A stretch of DNA of 64,000 nt, taken from assembly GCF_001194135.2 (NCBI RefSeq), contig NC_068987.1, positions 43,549,034 to 43,613,033 on the forward strand, given 5' to 3'. Origin of the DNA: Octopus bimaculoides (lineage: Eukaryota). The position numbers and the translations under genes were made by a program. Below the pieces are notes generated by a model, which worked only from the letters and a program-made list of their open reading frames with translations, was not told the origin of the DNA and searched no databases. This document shows, in pieces, positions 37,721-51,273 of the stretch (the first letter of the stretch is position 1; each line of letters begins with the position of its first letter).

Positions 37721-38105
37721 TCTTGATGCTAATTAAGAAATGCTTCCCTAAAATCCATATTATGGATTACCATGTGATCTGTTAGCTGAGTCTGCTAGAG
37801 AAGCTTTCTGTCTTGGCCACATGATTCTAGTAGTCCATATATTACATTAAATATTTATTCTGCTCTACTCATTAACTGCCCCCACCCCAACGCTTAATGA
37901 ACATACACACACGCATACACTCATAAATAGACAAAAATACATTGAGATGCATGTACATCACCATCATCATCATCGTTTAACGTCCGCTTTCCATGCTAGC
38001 ATGGGTTGTGTTCATATAAAGATAGATACACATACAACACACATATGCATATATTATGTACATGTATATTATACAGTTACACAGAGATATATATAATATA
38101 TATAT

Positions 38106-38140
<35 letters not shown>

Positions 38141-38178
38141 CATACATATATAAGTGTATATATGTGTGTGTGTGTATG

Positions 38179-38212
<34 letters not shown>

Positions 38213-38357
38213 TTACTTGGAGAATGGAGCAACAAATACAAGAAAAAGCATTTTCGTTGGACTAGATAGCCGTTGTTTTATTATGTGGAGCTTGTGAAAT
38301 GAGTCAGTGTGGAGGTTTAGGTTATGTAATGAGTCATTTTGTATATTATGTCTTAGT

Positions 38358-38410
38358 CACTTACGTACGTTTCGATGCAGCCAGTAGTTTGGCCGATCTC
38401 TTCAGAGTGT
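38358..38410 (-). ncRNA. minimal type I hammerhead ribozyme (predicted cleavage after GUA, between 38362 and 38361)
   Basis: CACU-CUGAAGA-GAUCGGCCA[AACUAC]UGGCUG(C)AUC-GAAA-C[GUAC]G-UA-AGUG: complete core, stem I 4 bp, stem II 9 bp with one bulge, palindromic stem III loop. Confidence 0.8.
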
Positions 38411-38685
38411 TGAAGGGTATATTCGAAGTTTNNNNNNNNNNNNNNNNNNNNNNNNNNNNNNNNNNNNNNNNNNNNNNNNNNNNNNNNNNNNNNNNNNNNN
38501 NNNNNNNNNNNNNNNNNNNNNNNNNNNNNNNNNNNNNNNNNNNNNNNNNNNNNNNNNNNNNNNNNNNNNNNNNNNNNNNNNNNNNNNNNNNNNNNNNNNN
38601 NNNNNNNNNNNNNNNNNNNNNNNNNNNNNNNNNNNNNNNNNNNNNNNNNNNNNNNNNNNNNNNNNNNNNNNNNNNNNNNNNNNNN

Positions 38686-38780
38686 TATACATCATTAGAT
38701 GTATACCTGACTTTCCTATATAAAATTAGGAATATAAACGGAACGCTGAACTCCAGACTATCAACTTAAACAACATTTAT
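38686..38780 (-). mobile_element. possible GIY-YIG endonuclease fragment of a Penelope-like element
   Basis: FYIGKS motif, upstream of and on the same strand as the hammerhead, across a 254-nt gap. Confidence 0.35.
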
Positions 38781-39747
38781 TTAGGTGGTAAATATATACA
38801 TCTTTTGCTCTTGTTTGTTGTTACAGCTTCTGTGTGTGTGAGCATAGTTGTTGGGATGTTGCGAGTGTAAGTCCGAAAGATGGAGAGTGACAGCTAAACA
38901 CGTCCATGCTCTATTGCTGGCCAGCAAGAAAGAGACTGTCTCCAGGTTGGAATGTTGGAGACACTGCTTGACACGTCCATGCTCATGGCCGGCCGACCGA
39001 CTGAGAAAGAGAATGAATTGAGCGGGAACGCTTGGTTGTTTAATTCCACGCATGCGCACGGCGTTACTACACATATATATGTACATACATACATATATAG
39101 ATATGCATATATGGGTACAGGATGTCACAAAACATAAGCAACATGAAATACGAAAATAAAGTTGGGTACGCAAACAGTGAGAGAAACAAATAGAAAATAA
39201 AACAAGTAACATAAGGAATGATCCTTCATCAGTTGTCAGCTGTCCCTCTACTCCTTATTTCGAATACTGAATGACCATATATAAGACTTTGAAGGCAGTT
39301 GGTCCCACAAATCAAAATAAAATTTGGGATTTGCGGAGGATCAAAGTTGGTAACTAAAACAGGACAGTGGAGACATACAAGGAAACCAAATGAAAACAAA
39401 CATAGAAGGTCGATAGACCAGACAGGTAAAGTAGTGAACACTGGAGAAATATTGTCTTTGGCAAGAGAAAAAATAGAAGAGGAGATAGATAGGAATACGT
39501 GCAGTCTGTAGAACAGCAGTGGAGGAAGAGAAAGATGATCAGATGAGGAAAAGATGGATGATGGTCACGTATGAGTAATGAGAGAGAGTAAAGGAGAAAG
39601 AGGGAGAGAGAGAGAGAGACAGATAGATAGAAAATGGTGATGGGGAGAAAAAAGAATTAGAGAAAGAATGAGAGAGAAAACGAAAGGGGAAGAGAGAGAG
39701 AGAACAGTAAAGGGTAGAGTCACATAAAAAATATCAAGATAAAATTA

Positions 39748-39784
<37 letters not shown>

Positions 39785-40509
39785 CTTATATATATATATA
39801 TAATACTCATATGGACGTGCAAACATATAAACACAGAAATACACATAAAGAAATATAAACATATAAAGGACAACAGGAAATATTGTGTGTGAGTGTGTGT
39901 GCGTTTGTGTGTGTGTGTGTGTGTGTGTGTGAATATGCACACACACATACAATATACTTTGTTAGCTAACTAGTTTTATTATCTACAGCTGCTTTCATAA
40001 ATTATGTCTTGCTTTTTTTACTTTGACCCATTTAATTGTTTTATTGAAGCATGAAAGTTTATAATAACAAACAGTTTAGTATATTTTCTGAATGACATGG
40101 CAACATTGTGTGAACATATTAATTAAAGTAGAATAGAATAAACAATTAATATGTTTATTTAAAGATCAAGCACTGGTGTCAAAACACACTAGACTTGTTA
40201 CACATGGCTCACCAGACAAGAAAAACAAGAGAAAAATGCCAAGACTGAAAAGCCTTGATGTCCAACAAGAAAGTACTTTAGTTCACTGAAATGTCTGTAT
40301 ATCCAAGATCCTTAATTCTTAACAGCCCATTCTACCCAGCTGTAAGTAGGTACAATATTGTGGTATTAGTTTACTTGGTACCATTTCTTGTGTGAATGCA
40401 AGGTAAGAAATGTCTCAGATATATAAATACATGCAAATGCCAATTCAGATATAATATTTATTTTGATGACAAGTAGCATGAAAGTGGTACATACACAGTA
40501 TACAAGGGT

Positions 40510-40790
40510 TAAAAAGGGTAAAGACCCCCTTCAGTCATGAGTGACCATGGGATTGTGCCTAGAAAGATCCCCTCTGGGGCAAAAGTCTGAGCAAGGTTGT
40601 TTATGGAAGACCAGCAGTCGCCCAAGCATACCAGCCTCCCCTCTCTGCGCCACCAATGTCATGCAAGGGAAAGGTAAAGGCTGATACAGCTTGACACCAA
40701 TGATGTCGCAACTCATTTCTACTGCTGAATGAACTGGAACAATGTGAAATAAAGTGTTTTGCTCAAAAACACAACACACAGCCTGGTCTT
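40510..40790 (-). mobile_element. SINE-like element (gagcaaaacactttatttcacattgttccagt motif, CCTTT-type tail)
   Basis: SINE-type body and repetitive tail; family name not assigned. Confidence 0.55.
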
Positions 40791-41132
40791 TGCATAAATT
40801 AACCAAAAATGAGCTGAGAGAAATAACTCATGGCCAGTAGCATGAATATGGACAACATAGAAAAAATATAGGCATATCAAATCCATACAATATGAATTCT
40901 TGATTTATTAAAATTACCTCCACCTCTTGAGGATGTGTCTCAATTACCAGCTCCTTATGAGAGAAGGAGATAATCTCAGGAATCAAGAATTCTTCCTAGT
41001 TGACATGCCATTACAGAAAAGACAGGCTTATTGTCTGAGATCAAAAAACAATCATGGACATGGACATGTTGTTCTCCCTCAATAGGCGACTCAGTGGTAT
41101 GACTTTGATTTTTAAAAATATTACATGTACTG

Positions 41133-41320
41133 AAGGTGGAGAGCTGGCAGAATCGTTAGCATGCTTAAGGCAGCAAGCTGTCAGAAGCGTTAGCATGCCG
41201 GGCAAAATGCTTAGCAATATTTCATCTGCCATTACGTTCTGAGTTCAAATTCCGCTGAGGTCGACTTTGCCTTTCATCCTTTCAGGGTTGATAAATTAAG
41301 TACCAGTTATGCACTGGGGG
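41133..41320 (+). mobile_element. tRNA-derived SINE with a tandemly duplicated head
   Basis: gagctggcagaatcgttagcatgc and caagctgtcagaagcgttagcatgc in tandem, then B box GAGTTCAAATTCC. Confidence 0.75.
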
Positions 41321-42613
41321 ATGATGATGATTATACATTCTGGCAAGGTGGGAGACAGAGGATTGAGCAACACTTGTTGTGCAGGAGGTGAGCTTACTAT
41401 GGCATCACTGTCCCATGCCTTTTCCTGTAACTCCCAACCCCTTGTCAATGCCAGTGGCAGTGATGGATGGCATTTTTGTGTTGTGACTGCAACTTGACTG
41501 AATGGGGTCCTGGTACGATGGCATGCCAGGTCTACAATAAGTGTTTGAGATGTCAATGTTCACTGAATCCTGCAATTAGCATCAGTTCATGCAGATAGTC
41601 ATGAATTGCAGGACTCAGTGAACATCAACACCTCGAATGCACATTGCAGCTCTGGGAATCCATCTTCCTAAGGCCCTGTCTGGTTGAGAGGTGGTCATGA
41701 CATGAAAATGCCATCCGTCACACCCACTGGTGGTAGTGGGGTGTCAGGAGTCAGAGGGAAGGGCACAGGGCAGAGGAAAGGGCACAGAACAGTGAACTTA
41801 CTAAGGCAGAGATGTCTTAGTAAACTCACTGTCTGCCTGACAAGCACCACTTAATCCTCCATCTCCTGCCTTGTTAGACTGTCATCGTCAAGTGCTGCAC
41901 ATTATGACGGCTGCCATCACCTGACTGCTTGCCTGAAGGAGGAATTGGAACAGTGGGGAGAGAGATGATGAAAGGAAAGAGGGAAACAAGATGGCTGCTT
42001 TCATGGAAAATTCCGCACTTTTCTTCCACTGCCTGCCTGCTATTTCTTCATGCCCACTTCACTTTTTCTTCTTGCTGCTCTCTTTCTGCTGTCATTGTCA
42101 GTTGACATTCACTTTGTGAAAGACTTTTCCATTCTTCCTGAGCATCAAACTAATACACCTTGTTTGTTGTTCCCTCACCTGTCGATGTCTTTTGTTTTTT
42201 GCACATTTGAACTATATATAATATACACTCACATGGTCACCCCAGTGTGATCCTACCTGCCTGAACTTTTTCTCTTGGAGCCTCATCTCTCCTACCTTCT
42301 TCTGAGACATTTGGTACCTCTCCTTAACTTTACTTTTACTCCACCCAGATTACAATCGGAACTTCACACTTCTTGGACTCTACTATCATGGATCTTACTG
42401 TACACTATTGTTGAGATATATATATATATANNNNNNNNNNNNNNNNNNNNNNNNNNNNNNNNNNNNNNNNNNNNNNNNNNNNNNNNNNNNNNNNNNNNNN
42501 NNNNNNNNNNNNNNNNNNNNNNNNNNNNNNNNNNNNNNNNNNNNNNNNNNNNNNNNNNNNNAAAATAGTCTAATATTGGAGCATATTAGCCCTTGATGGA
42601 GAAAACTAGGGTT

Positions 42614-42644
<31 letters not shown>

Positions 42645-42679
42645 ACATATATATAACATATATATATATGTTGTATACA

Positions 42680-43070
42680 GGCACAGGCATGGCTGTGTGG
42701 TAAGAAGCTTGCTTCCAAACCACATGATTCCAAGTTCAATCCCACTGCGTGGCACCTTGGACAAGTGTCTTCTGCTATAGCCTCAGGTTGACCAAAGCCT
42801 TGTGATTGGATTTGGTAGACAGAAACTGAAAGAAGCCTGTTATGTGTGTGTGTGTGTGTGTCTGTGTTTGTCCCCCCCCCCATCACTGCTTGACAACTGG
42901 TGTTGGTGTGTTTACATCACCATAATTTAGTGGTTCAGCAAAAGAAACTGGTAGAATAAGTACTAGGCTTACAAAGAATAAGTCTTGGAGTCAATTTGTT
43001 TGACTAAAAATCCCTTCAAGGCAGTGCTCCAGCATGGCTACAGTCAAATGACTGAAACAATTAAAAGAAG
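42680..43070 (+). mobile_element. near full-length tRNA/CORE-like SINE
   Basis: TGGCTGTGTGG A box, GTTCAATCCC B box, CCTTGGACAAGTG, internal (TG)n, tgactgaaacaa tail. Confidence 0.8.
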
Positions 43071-43587
43071 AGAAGAATATTGTTAGAATTTGAGAAAAAA
43101 TTCTCACCATGATTTGTACTTTTGATTTTTTCATTTAATAGTTTTGGTCTAATGAGAATGGCTGCTAGTATCCCAGATACTGTCAAGTAAGTTACAAATG
43201 CTTATCATATAAAATTTTTTAAAATGGAAAATTTAAATTTAGTTTGCATCTTACTAGATTATTTTTCCCATCATTAGCATTTGTTTTGTTTATAACCTTC
43301 CTATTGATTATGTTGTTGGTATCCTTTCTCTACCCAAACTGAACTAAATGAAACTTCTCCCAAGTCAATCATGAGAATTCCAATTGTTCAGTCAATGGAA
43401 CCTCCTCATTGTAGTGTATTGTAGTGCAAGTAGCTGAGTATTCCACAGACAGAATCATTCAGAAACTGTGTCACTAGACTGATTATTTTAGTAACAGTGT
43501 TGAACTACATGATGGAGTGAACTTGTTAAACATTTAGCATGTCTGCACCTTGTGCATACAGCATACACACTTTTTATTTTTCTCTTT

Positions 43588-43621
<34 letters not shown>

Positions 43622-43989
43622 GTCACACACAAAAACACACACATTCATATACATACGCATACACATATGATGGCTGAAACTTGATTTCAAGCAATGCAAT
43701 CACTTGATTGTTCTCTTAAACACAAGCAATGCAGATGTGGCTTTCCAGTCCTGCTAGGGATCCAAACTTCTTTGCACAGATGTAGCAAGGACGGGCATCT
43801 CTCGCAACAGGTGTTCGGAGAGCTTGCCGCCCCTGCCAATGTATATTTCATTCAGTTTTGGAATTTTTCATTGACTGCTTTGCTGTTCTCAGTAATGGCC
43901 AGCCATTTTATGCAATACATGATAAAAATGTTAAAAATCAAATAATGCTTGTGCCTGAAGCCTTTGAAAGTGAGGAAAGGCCTTGAGCA

Positions 43990-44600
43990 GGACCAATTCC
44001 ACTTTCTAAACAACATGCATTTACCCCAAAAGAAGGAGCATTGTCCTCATGAAACAAGTGCCCTTTCATCAGTTTTCCAGTGCATTTGGTCTTGATGGCC
44101 TTTTGTAACTGCTCCAGAAAATTGGAACAGTACTCTCCATTGATGGTGTGGCCCTTTTAAAGATAGTCAATAAGCACGTCTTTTTTTGCATCTTTACAAA
44201 CTGAGGCCATTACCTTCCCTGCAGATAAAATGACCTTTGCCTTCTCTGGAGCAGATGAGGGGGTGTATTTCCACTGCATGGATTGTCTCTTTCTCTCTGG
44301 CTCAAAGTGATGAGCCCAACACTCATCTTGGGTGGGAAAACGTTCAAGGAAACCAACTGGATCTTCCTCAGACAATGTCAGATTTTCCTGTGATGTGGAT
44401 AGCCTGGTGTGCTTTTGATAGGGTGTCAGAAGATGTGACATTCACTGAGCAGAAATGTTCTTCATGCCAAATGCATTGTGAAAAATATTCTCAACTCACT
44501 CATGGAATATACTAATAGCATTGACTATTTGATTTATAGTCAGTTGCTTGTCATCCATCACCATATGGTGAATATGATGATGCCAAATTTTGTCAATTTT
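43990..44600 (-). mobile_element. mariner transposase fragment (Hsmar2/irritans-like)
   Basis: TQDECWAHHFEPERKRQSMQWK...SAGKVMASV...IDYL. Confidence 0.85.
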
Positions 44601-44714
44601 CAAGAGAAGTTGGTACTAGTTACATTTGCAGTCTTCTTTGAGCTGTCAGATGTCTATTTACTTGGAAAGAAAGAATGCAGGTACTAATAAGAAGATTTGA
44701 AATTAATGCACACA

Positions 44715-45122
44715 AGGAAATGTGCTGTGCGTGAGAAGACCCGGCAAGCCAAGTGAGATCGTTGCCAGTACCCCTGGACTGACTCTTGTGCGGGTGGCAC
44801 ATAAGATGTACCATCTTGAGCATGACCGTTGCCAGTACCGCCTGACTGGCCTTTGTAGAGTTTTCGAGCGAGATCGTTGTCAGTGCCCCTGGACTGGCAC
44901 ATAAAAGACACCATTTCAAGCGTGGCCGTTTTCGTGTGGGTGACACGTAAAAGCACCCACTACACTCTCTGAGTGGTTGGCGTTAGGAAGGGCATCCAGC
45001 TGTAGAAACTCTGCCAAATTAGATTGAGCCTGGTGTTGCCATCCGGTTTCACCAGTCAAATCGTCCAACCCATGCTAGCATGGAAAGCGGACGTTAAACG
45101 ATGATGATGATGATGATGATGA
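44715..45122 (+). mobile_element. RTE-type LINE 3' end (EKTRQAK* plus UTR) with (GAT)n tail
   Basis: three internal cgttg(c/t)cagt(a/g)cc..ctg(g)actg subrepeats; GGAAGGGCATCCAGCTGTA motif; tail at 45100-45122. Confidence 0.7.
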
Positions 45123-46498
45123 AGATTATACAGCTCTAGCAGTACTTCTTCATGATCAGCCTATGAACTTTTCAGCTCACTCTCTTACAGCTTGTCAAAC
45201 CAGTTCTATATTCTCTACATAATAGTATGTTTATAAGACCTGGTACATAATAGTATGCTTATTAGATCTGTTGAAAACCTATAAAAACTTACAATTTCAA
45301 TATTTCATTTCCTGACTGTGCTCTCATTGACTGGTAGCTCACAGAGTTTACAGTAAGATTAACTAAGTTTAAATAATGAATTCCTTCATGTTTTGTGCTA
45401 AGAAAAAAGGAATTAATTTTCATCTCATTATTTTTAACTTTCTCTCCATAACTGAAAGATCATAATAAGCTAGGTAAAATTCTTTCATCATTTTCTTTCA
45501 ATCTTCTCACATCTACTCCTATATAATGCAAGGTAGCCATGTATCTCCTCTATAGCAAGACACCTGTGCTCATCCCTCTACCATACTTTGGCCTTTCAAC
45601 ACCTTGCATAAAACCACTTTCTTCTTTATTACAACCCTACAAATCAAATAATCTTTTTCTTTGTTTTGTGAGTTATTAGTACCACTGACACCAAAGCATC
45701 CAGTGCACTCTGTAAAGTGGTTGGTGTTAGAAAGGATATCCAGCTGTAGAAACAATGCTAAAGCAGATGTTGGAGCTTAACAAAGTCCTCTGGTTTGTTG
45801 GATCCTATCAAACAATCCAACTCATGCCAGCATGAGAAACAGATATTAAATGATGTTGATAATGATGATGTTTTGATAATTTTATTTCTTTTAAATTTCC
45901 ACATTTTCTTTCTTTCTTTCTTTCTCTTTTCTCTCTCTCTCTCTTTCTCTTTATTTTTTATCTTTCTTTTTACTTTCCTTTTATTTTACAATGTACTCAT
46001 AATCTGAAGTTAAAATGCTGTGCACCCTTCAAATCTTCCCTGAAATCCCAGTCACAAGAGAAGACAAAATCTGTGCTCACACACCAGAACAACCATTCAC
46101 TGAAGATCAACTTCCCATTTGCTGGCAATATCTATAAGTACAAAGACTTCATATATTTTAATATTCAATGCAGCTATGAGGAAGTTTTTCACCTTTGCAA
46201 GTAGCATTGGTAACAGCAAAGGGGCTTCCAAACCAAAGATTAAGTCTTTGAACTAATTAGCTTGTCAAACTAAACCAATTAAAGGGCTTTTTAATAAACA
46301 AGGGAGTACTGGATGCAACAATGTAGGTTTTAAACCTTCAAGAGAATTTGCTAATTTCCCCTTCAGTAAAACCACAATTATATATATTTTATGTCCCATG
46401 TCATATATAAGTTTTAAAGATTACAAACGGACAGTTGGTCACAACTAAAATATCATTTCTACTCATTCTTGATTTGTAATTAGGTTATTTTTTATTAG

Positions 46499-46557
<59 letters not shown>

Positions 46558-47089
46558 GGAACAGAGCAGGTAGGGATTACACAAATAGATAAACAATGGA
46601 AACAACAACTACAACAATAATAATATTGTTTCCAGCATTGGCAGAAATTAGGCGGGGGAGATGAAGTGTTGATTCTATTGACACTGATACTTGTCTGGTA
46701 CTTTTTTTTATTAATCTTGAGAGGATGGAACAAATACTGCAAGCTTTTTATTCTGACACTCTAATGATTCTGCTAATCCACAGTCGTTGCCGTCGTTAGT
46801 GGCGGTGGCAATGGTTTCAAATTTTGGCACAAGGCCAGCAATTTTTTTAGGGGAAGGGGTGAGTTGATATCATTGAATTTAGTACTTGACTAGTACTTGT
46901 TTTATCAAACTTAGAAGGATGAAAGACAAAGTTGACATTGGTAGAATTTGAACTCAGATCTTAAAGCTGGAAGAAATTCCACAAGGTATTTTTTTCAATG
47001 ATTTAACGATTCTGATATCTTGCTGCATTGATAACAAATCTTATAAATGTATGGAGTATTCCACCCCAACAGCAATAGTGACAGGCTGT

Positions 47090-47680
47090 CTAACCAGAAG
47101 AAATTAGCTTGGGCTGATATATCAAGAGTACCATAGAGCCTTTTCTGGCTCAGGTGAGAATATCTGGTATAAGCAAAGCAGATACTTATATGGAAGCAGA
47201 AGAGTATTAAAAAAATGACAGTAAGGAAAATGAAAGAAAATTAAATGGAAAGAGAGGTACTGGCAGTTTGCAAGAAAGAGGTGAGCAGGAATACAAATGA
47301 AGATGGAATGTGGAACTAGCTAAGGAATGTGACTAAGGTAGAAAGGAACTAACTGAAGAAGACTTGAAATCAGAGATAAAAGCACTTATCTGTGCTGTGC
47401 AGGAAGAAGTGTTGAAGACAAATTACACCAAAACAGCTGAAAATAATAAGTGCAGGTTTAGTGATGATACAAGTGAGACTGTATAGCATATTGTGATTGA
47501 GTGCACAAAACTAGCCTGAAAAGAATATAAAAGAATGCATATAAAAGAATACAGGCATAGCAAGCATGGATTATATAGAATAAAGACATGGCATGGACAA
47601 ACCCCAAAAGGAGTAATTGAGAATGACAAGGTAAAGTTACTGCAGAGTATAGTAATCTAATGTGATTATGAAATCGTGGT
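47090..47680 (+). mobile_element. R4/Dong-like fragment (CCHC region)
   Basis: EIKALICAVQEEVLKTNY...CRF...ETV.HIVIEC.KLA.KEYKRMH...IENDKVKLL. Confidence 0.65.
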
Positions 47681-47688
47681 GTTTGTGG

Positions 47689-49075
47689 TGTTATGGGCTG
47701 TGATGAGCTATGTGGTGCTGGTGGAGAGGATTGCAGAGAAGGCAAATGGAAGTGAAGACTGCAGGGGCTGGCAGAAGAGCCACAGAGACATGAGTGGGCA
47801 CAAAGCACGTGTGGGCAGGTCGACGAAAGACGGCGCGTGTGAAAGGTCGTGTTTTTATCTGGTCAGTGATTGCTCATCCCACCACGGTCAACAGGTAAGG
47901 TCTCATTATTTCTTTCTCCCTTTTGCTTCTTTTTCTGTTGTCTTTTTCCTCCATCACACTACTAGCTATTTCGGCCCATAACAAAAAAAAAACAAAAGAA
48001 AAAAAAAACGAATGACGAGTGTAGTCTGTATTTCAAACAATATGGTCAAACAATATGGTCAAACTGTTTTGCGGTGACACGGATGTAGTCACTTTGTTAA
48101 AGAAGATGAAGCTGGTTGCGAAGCTTTACGAGATAGATGACTTAGCGAGTTTTATACCACTGTACCTAGATGGTTTGGTGTTGGCACTATACTTAGAAAT
48201 GGAAGAAAGGGACCAAATTAGTGTGGAAAAAATAGAAATCCTTTTGATGAAGGCCTTTGCAGAAGGAATGTTCAAAGCGTACGCTCACTTGGGGAAAGCA
48301 AAGTGGACTGGCGAATAGGTCAATGTATTTGCCAACGAACTCAGGAGATTGGCTGAACTGGCAGGATATGAAGGAGAATTTAGTTAAGTTAGCGTTTGTG
48401 ACTGGCTTTCCTGACCACATGTTGGTCGAGTTGGAAAAGCTGTCGAATGTTAACTCTATGGCGATGGCAGATATTATATCTCGGGCTCACGTGCTAGTTT
48501 CATGTTGCAGGACGCCACCGGTAGCAGCAACTGCAACAACGAAAAGTGGCCAAGCAAGGAGTAGCGAAGAGGGGTCAAACAAGGAAGTGTATGACCATTC
48601 AAAGGACAGTGTTTCCATGTCATGACCCGCACATGGTGTGAGACTGCAAGTCACCCAAGCCTGAGGTCATTTGCTACCGGTGTCGAGAAACAGGACATAT
48701 AGCCAGCAAATGTCTGCGGGGAAACGGTCTAAGGGAGACTACTACGCCGGTAGTTATCCCTTTGGATCAATAGAGGCACGTTTGTTGTTACCTGTAGTTG
48801 ACATTCTGGTTGTGGAGAAGATGTCGCGAGCCCTTGTGGAAACAGGCTGTACGACGACCCTGATGACTCCAGAAGTGGTAGAGACATGGAGTGGAGAAAG
48901 CAGTGTGAGGGCAGTCGACGTAAGAGAGGTACATTGTGAAGGCATTACAGATGCGCAGATTGTGGTGCAGGGAACAAAGCTGACGCTGCAAGTAATTGTA
49001 GTTGGCCACTTGGTGGATGAGATTGACATGGTGATGGGGATGGATACAATCACCCGTTTATATAAATGCAAGTTG
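47689..49075 (+). mobile_element. Ty3/Gypsy remnant: 295-bp LTR, gag and protease, 3' truncated
   Basis: LTR 47689-47983 with perfect 10-bp terminal inverted repeat TGTTATGGGC/GCCCATAACA; gag (VFANELRRLAELAG, CYRCRETGHIASKC); protease RALVETGC. Confidence 0.85.
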
Positions 49076-49229
49076 TCTGTTTGGATTTCTGTTTGTTTCA
49101 AGTTGCTGTCTACAACCGCTAACAAATTTTCTTGAAACTTTGCAAATATGTTAAAGTAACATCCAGTTTGTTACTAGGCTCAGTGAAGTTTAATAAAAAT
49201 CTATAATTGGATGGTTAGGGCCACACACA

Positions 49230-49900
49230 CACAAGCTGTCAAGGCACGGAAGTGCCGTCTTGCCGACATGCCCAAGATGTGGGCAAGATAGGGAAACTGT
49301 CTTGCATGCATTCGTGGAGTGTTCAGAGTTGTTGGGACTGATAGCTTTTGCAGAACAACTGTTGTCAGTGATCGAAAGAGTACAGCTATCAGCTGAGTCT
49401 ATCATCGAGATTGTATCACCTCCTTTCTTTAACAGGGAAAGGAAGGTCTGTTTTTTCTGCGTAGTAGCCGTACTGAAAGAAACAGTATGGAAGACGCGTG
49501 TGAAAGGTATAGTGACAGGTACCTTTGTCTCCGGCCAGGGGTTGGTTAACTTTTTTAGTTACCACCTCAGTAGTAAGATCAGGCTGGAGAGGAAGTGTCT
49601 GCCATGGGATATGTTTGCGAAAAGATGGAAGTCTGTGGAGCGTAAGCTGAGTGCGATTGGCACCAAGTAAGTGAGGTTAATTTGGGAAGCAAAGGTTCTA
49701 CCAGGATGGTCAGGTGCCTTCCTTCTAGCTGCCTCATTGCGAAAAGCAATGATTTCTTGTGTATAGTTTTAAAATTAATTTTTAATCATATTTTTAATTT
49801 ACTCATAAGTTGTAAAATTTAAAAAAAAACGTTTAAGTTACTCCCCCCTTATGTTTGTCTGTCATTGTTTGTCCCCTCGCTGTAGCGCCTCAAATGGCGA
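49230..49900 (+). mobile_element. L1/Tx1-type LINE 3' end (ORF2 cysteine-rich C-terminus plus UTR)
   Basis: PTCPRCGQDRETVLHAFVEC...TVWKTR...KIRLER...FAKRW. Confidence 0.8.
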
Positions 49901-50740
49901 ATTTTTATGAAATAAAGTAGCTTGCTTACCAACCACATGGTCCCGGGTTCAGTCCCACTGCGTGACACCTTGGGCAAGTGTCTTCTACTATAGCCTCGGG
50001 CTGACCAAAGCCTTGTGAGTGGATTTGGTAGACGGAAACTGGAAGAAGCCCGTCGTATATGTACATACTTACATCTAGAACACAACAAAGAGATAAAAGT
50101 TAGACGGAAGTAGAGCAACGGGAAACTAGAGTGAGAATATCTGTATGTGGGTGTATAAAGAGGAAAGGAACTGTCAAAAGTTTGACATCATTCATTGTAA
50201 ATATTTATATTCCGTTGCAATTTTCAATCTATGAGGATTGTGGTAAAGTTGTACTATGAGCAATAGTACCGCTATTCGTTAATGACGTCAGTCTTCCAAA
50301 CATCGTTCTTCTGTCTCACTTATTCTTCTCTTCACTCATTTCGCTCTCTTTCCTTTTCAGACGTTCTCTCTCATTCTCTCTCTACAAACATACGCTCACT
50401 CGCCTTTCCAGACACAAACTACTCATCATAAACCTTCCCACCCTCTTTTCTGCTTGTCTCTTTCTTTCTCTTTCTCTCTCTCCACTTCACATACACACCT
50501 CTATCTTATACAAACACACACTCGCCTCTCTCTCTCAGTCTCACTTTAACACACAATTATGGAAGACGACGAAGAGGAAACTTTCAGTCTTGGACTTTCT
50601 GATATTGTCATAAATACACCGGGTAAGAAGAAAAAATATACAATATCCTCCTTGATTTGCTGTTTCTCTTATTATTCATAACAACCATGCTACAGACATC
50701 TTTCTCTCTCTCTCTCTCTCTCTCNNNNNNNNNNNNNNNN

Positions 50741-50773
<33 letters not shown>

Positions 50774-51188
50774 CATCGCTATACCGTTCTGGTTTCATTC
50801 GTCCGATTCTGTCTACTTCTCATCACCCATTTCTCTAAAACAATGCTCTACACCATGGAAACATCGATGTGTGTATATATAATACTAAATTGATTTCTGT
50901 ACATCGATACTTTATCGACCTCTCAGCATGCTCCGTTATATATACATACACACGTGTTTGTGTATTACTATATATGTTGATACTGTAACATTATATCAAA
51001 GTCCCAAAAATGTCTCCACCATACATACGTATGAGTGTTTATGTATATATATATATATATGTGTGTGTGCGTAAGTGTTTTGTGTATGCAAACGTATGCG
51101 TGTCTGACCAGTTTGTGTATGTATATACACATGTTTTGTGCATAGGCGCGTGTGTATACACATGCATATTTAAATATACATAAATATA

Positions 51189-51223
<35 letters not shown>

Positions 51224-51233
51224 NNNNNNNNNN

Positions 51234-51273
<40 letters not shown>

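Noticed and set aside
39205-39235. CUGAUGA followed by an AGGA/UCCU stem on the minus strand
   Set aside because: The GAAA half of the hammerhead core is missing; at most a remnant
50780-50830. GUGAUGA...GAAACC...GGUA on the minus strand
   Set aside because: Core C is missing and there is no convincing stem I or stem II
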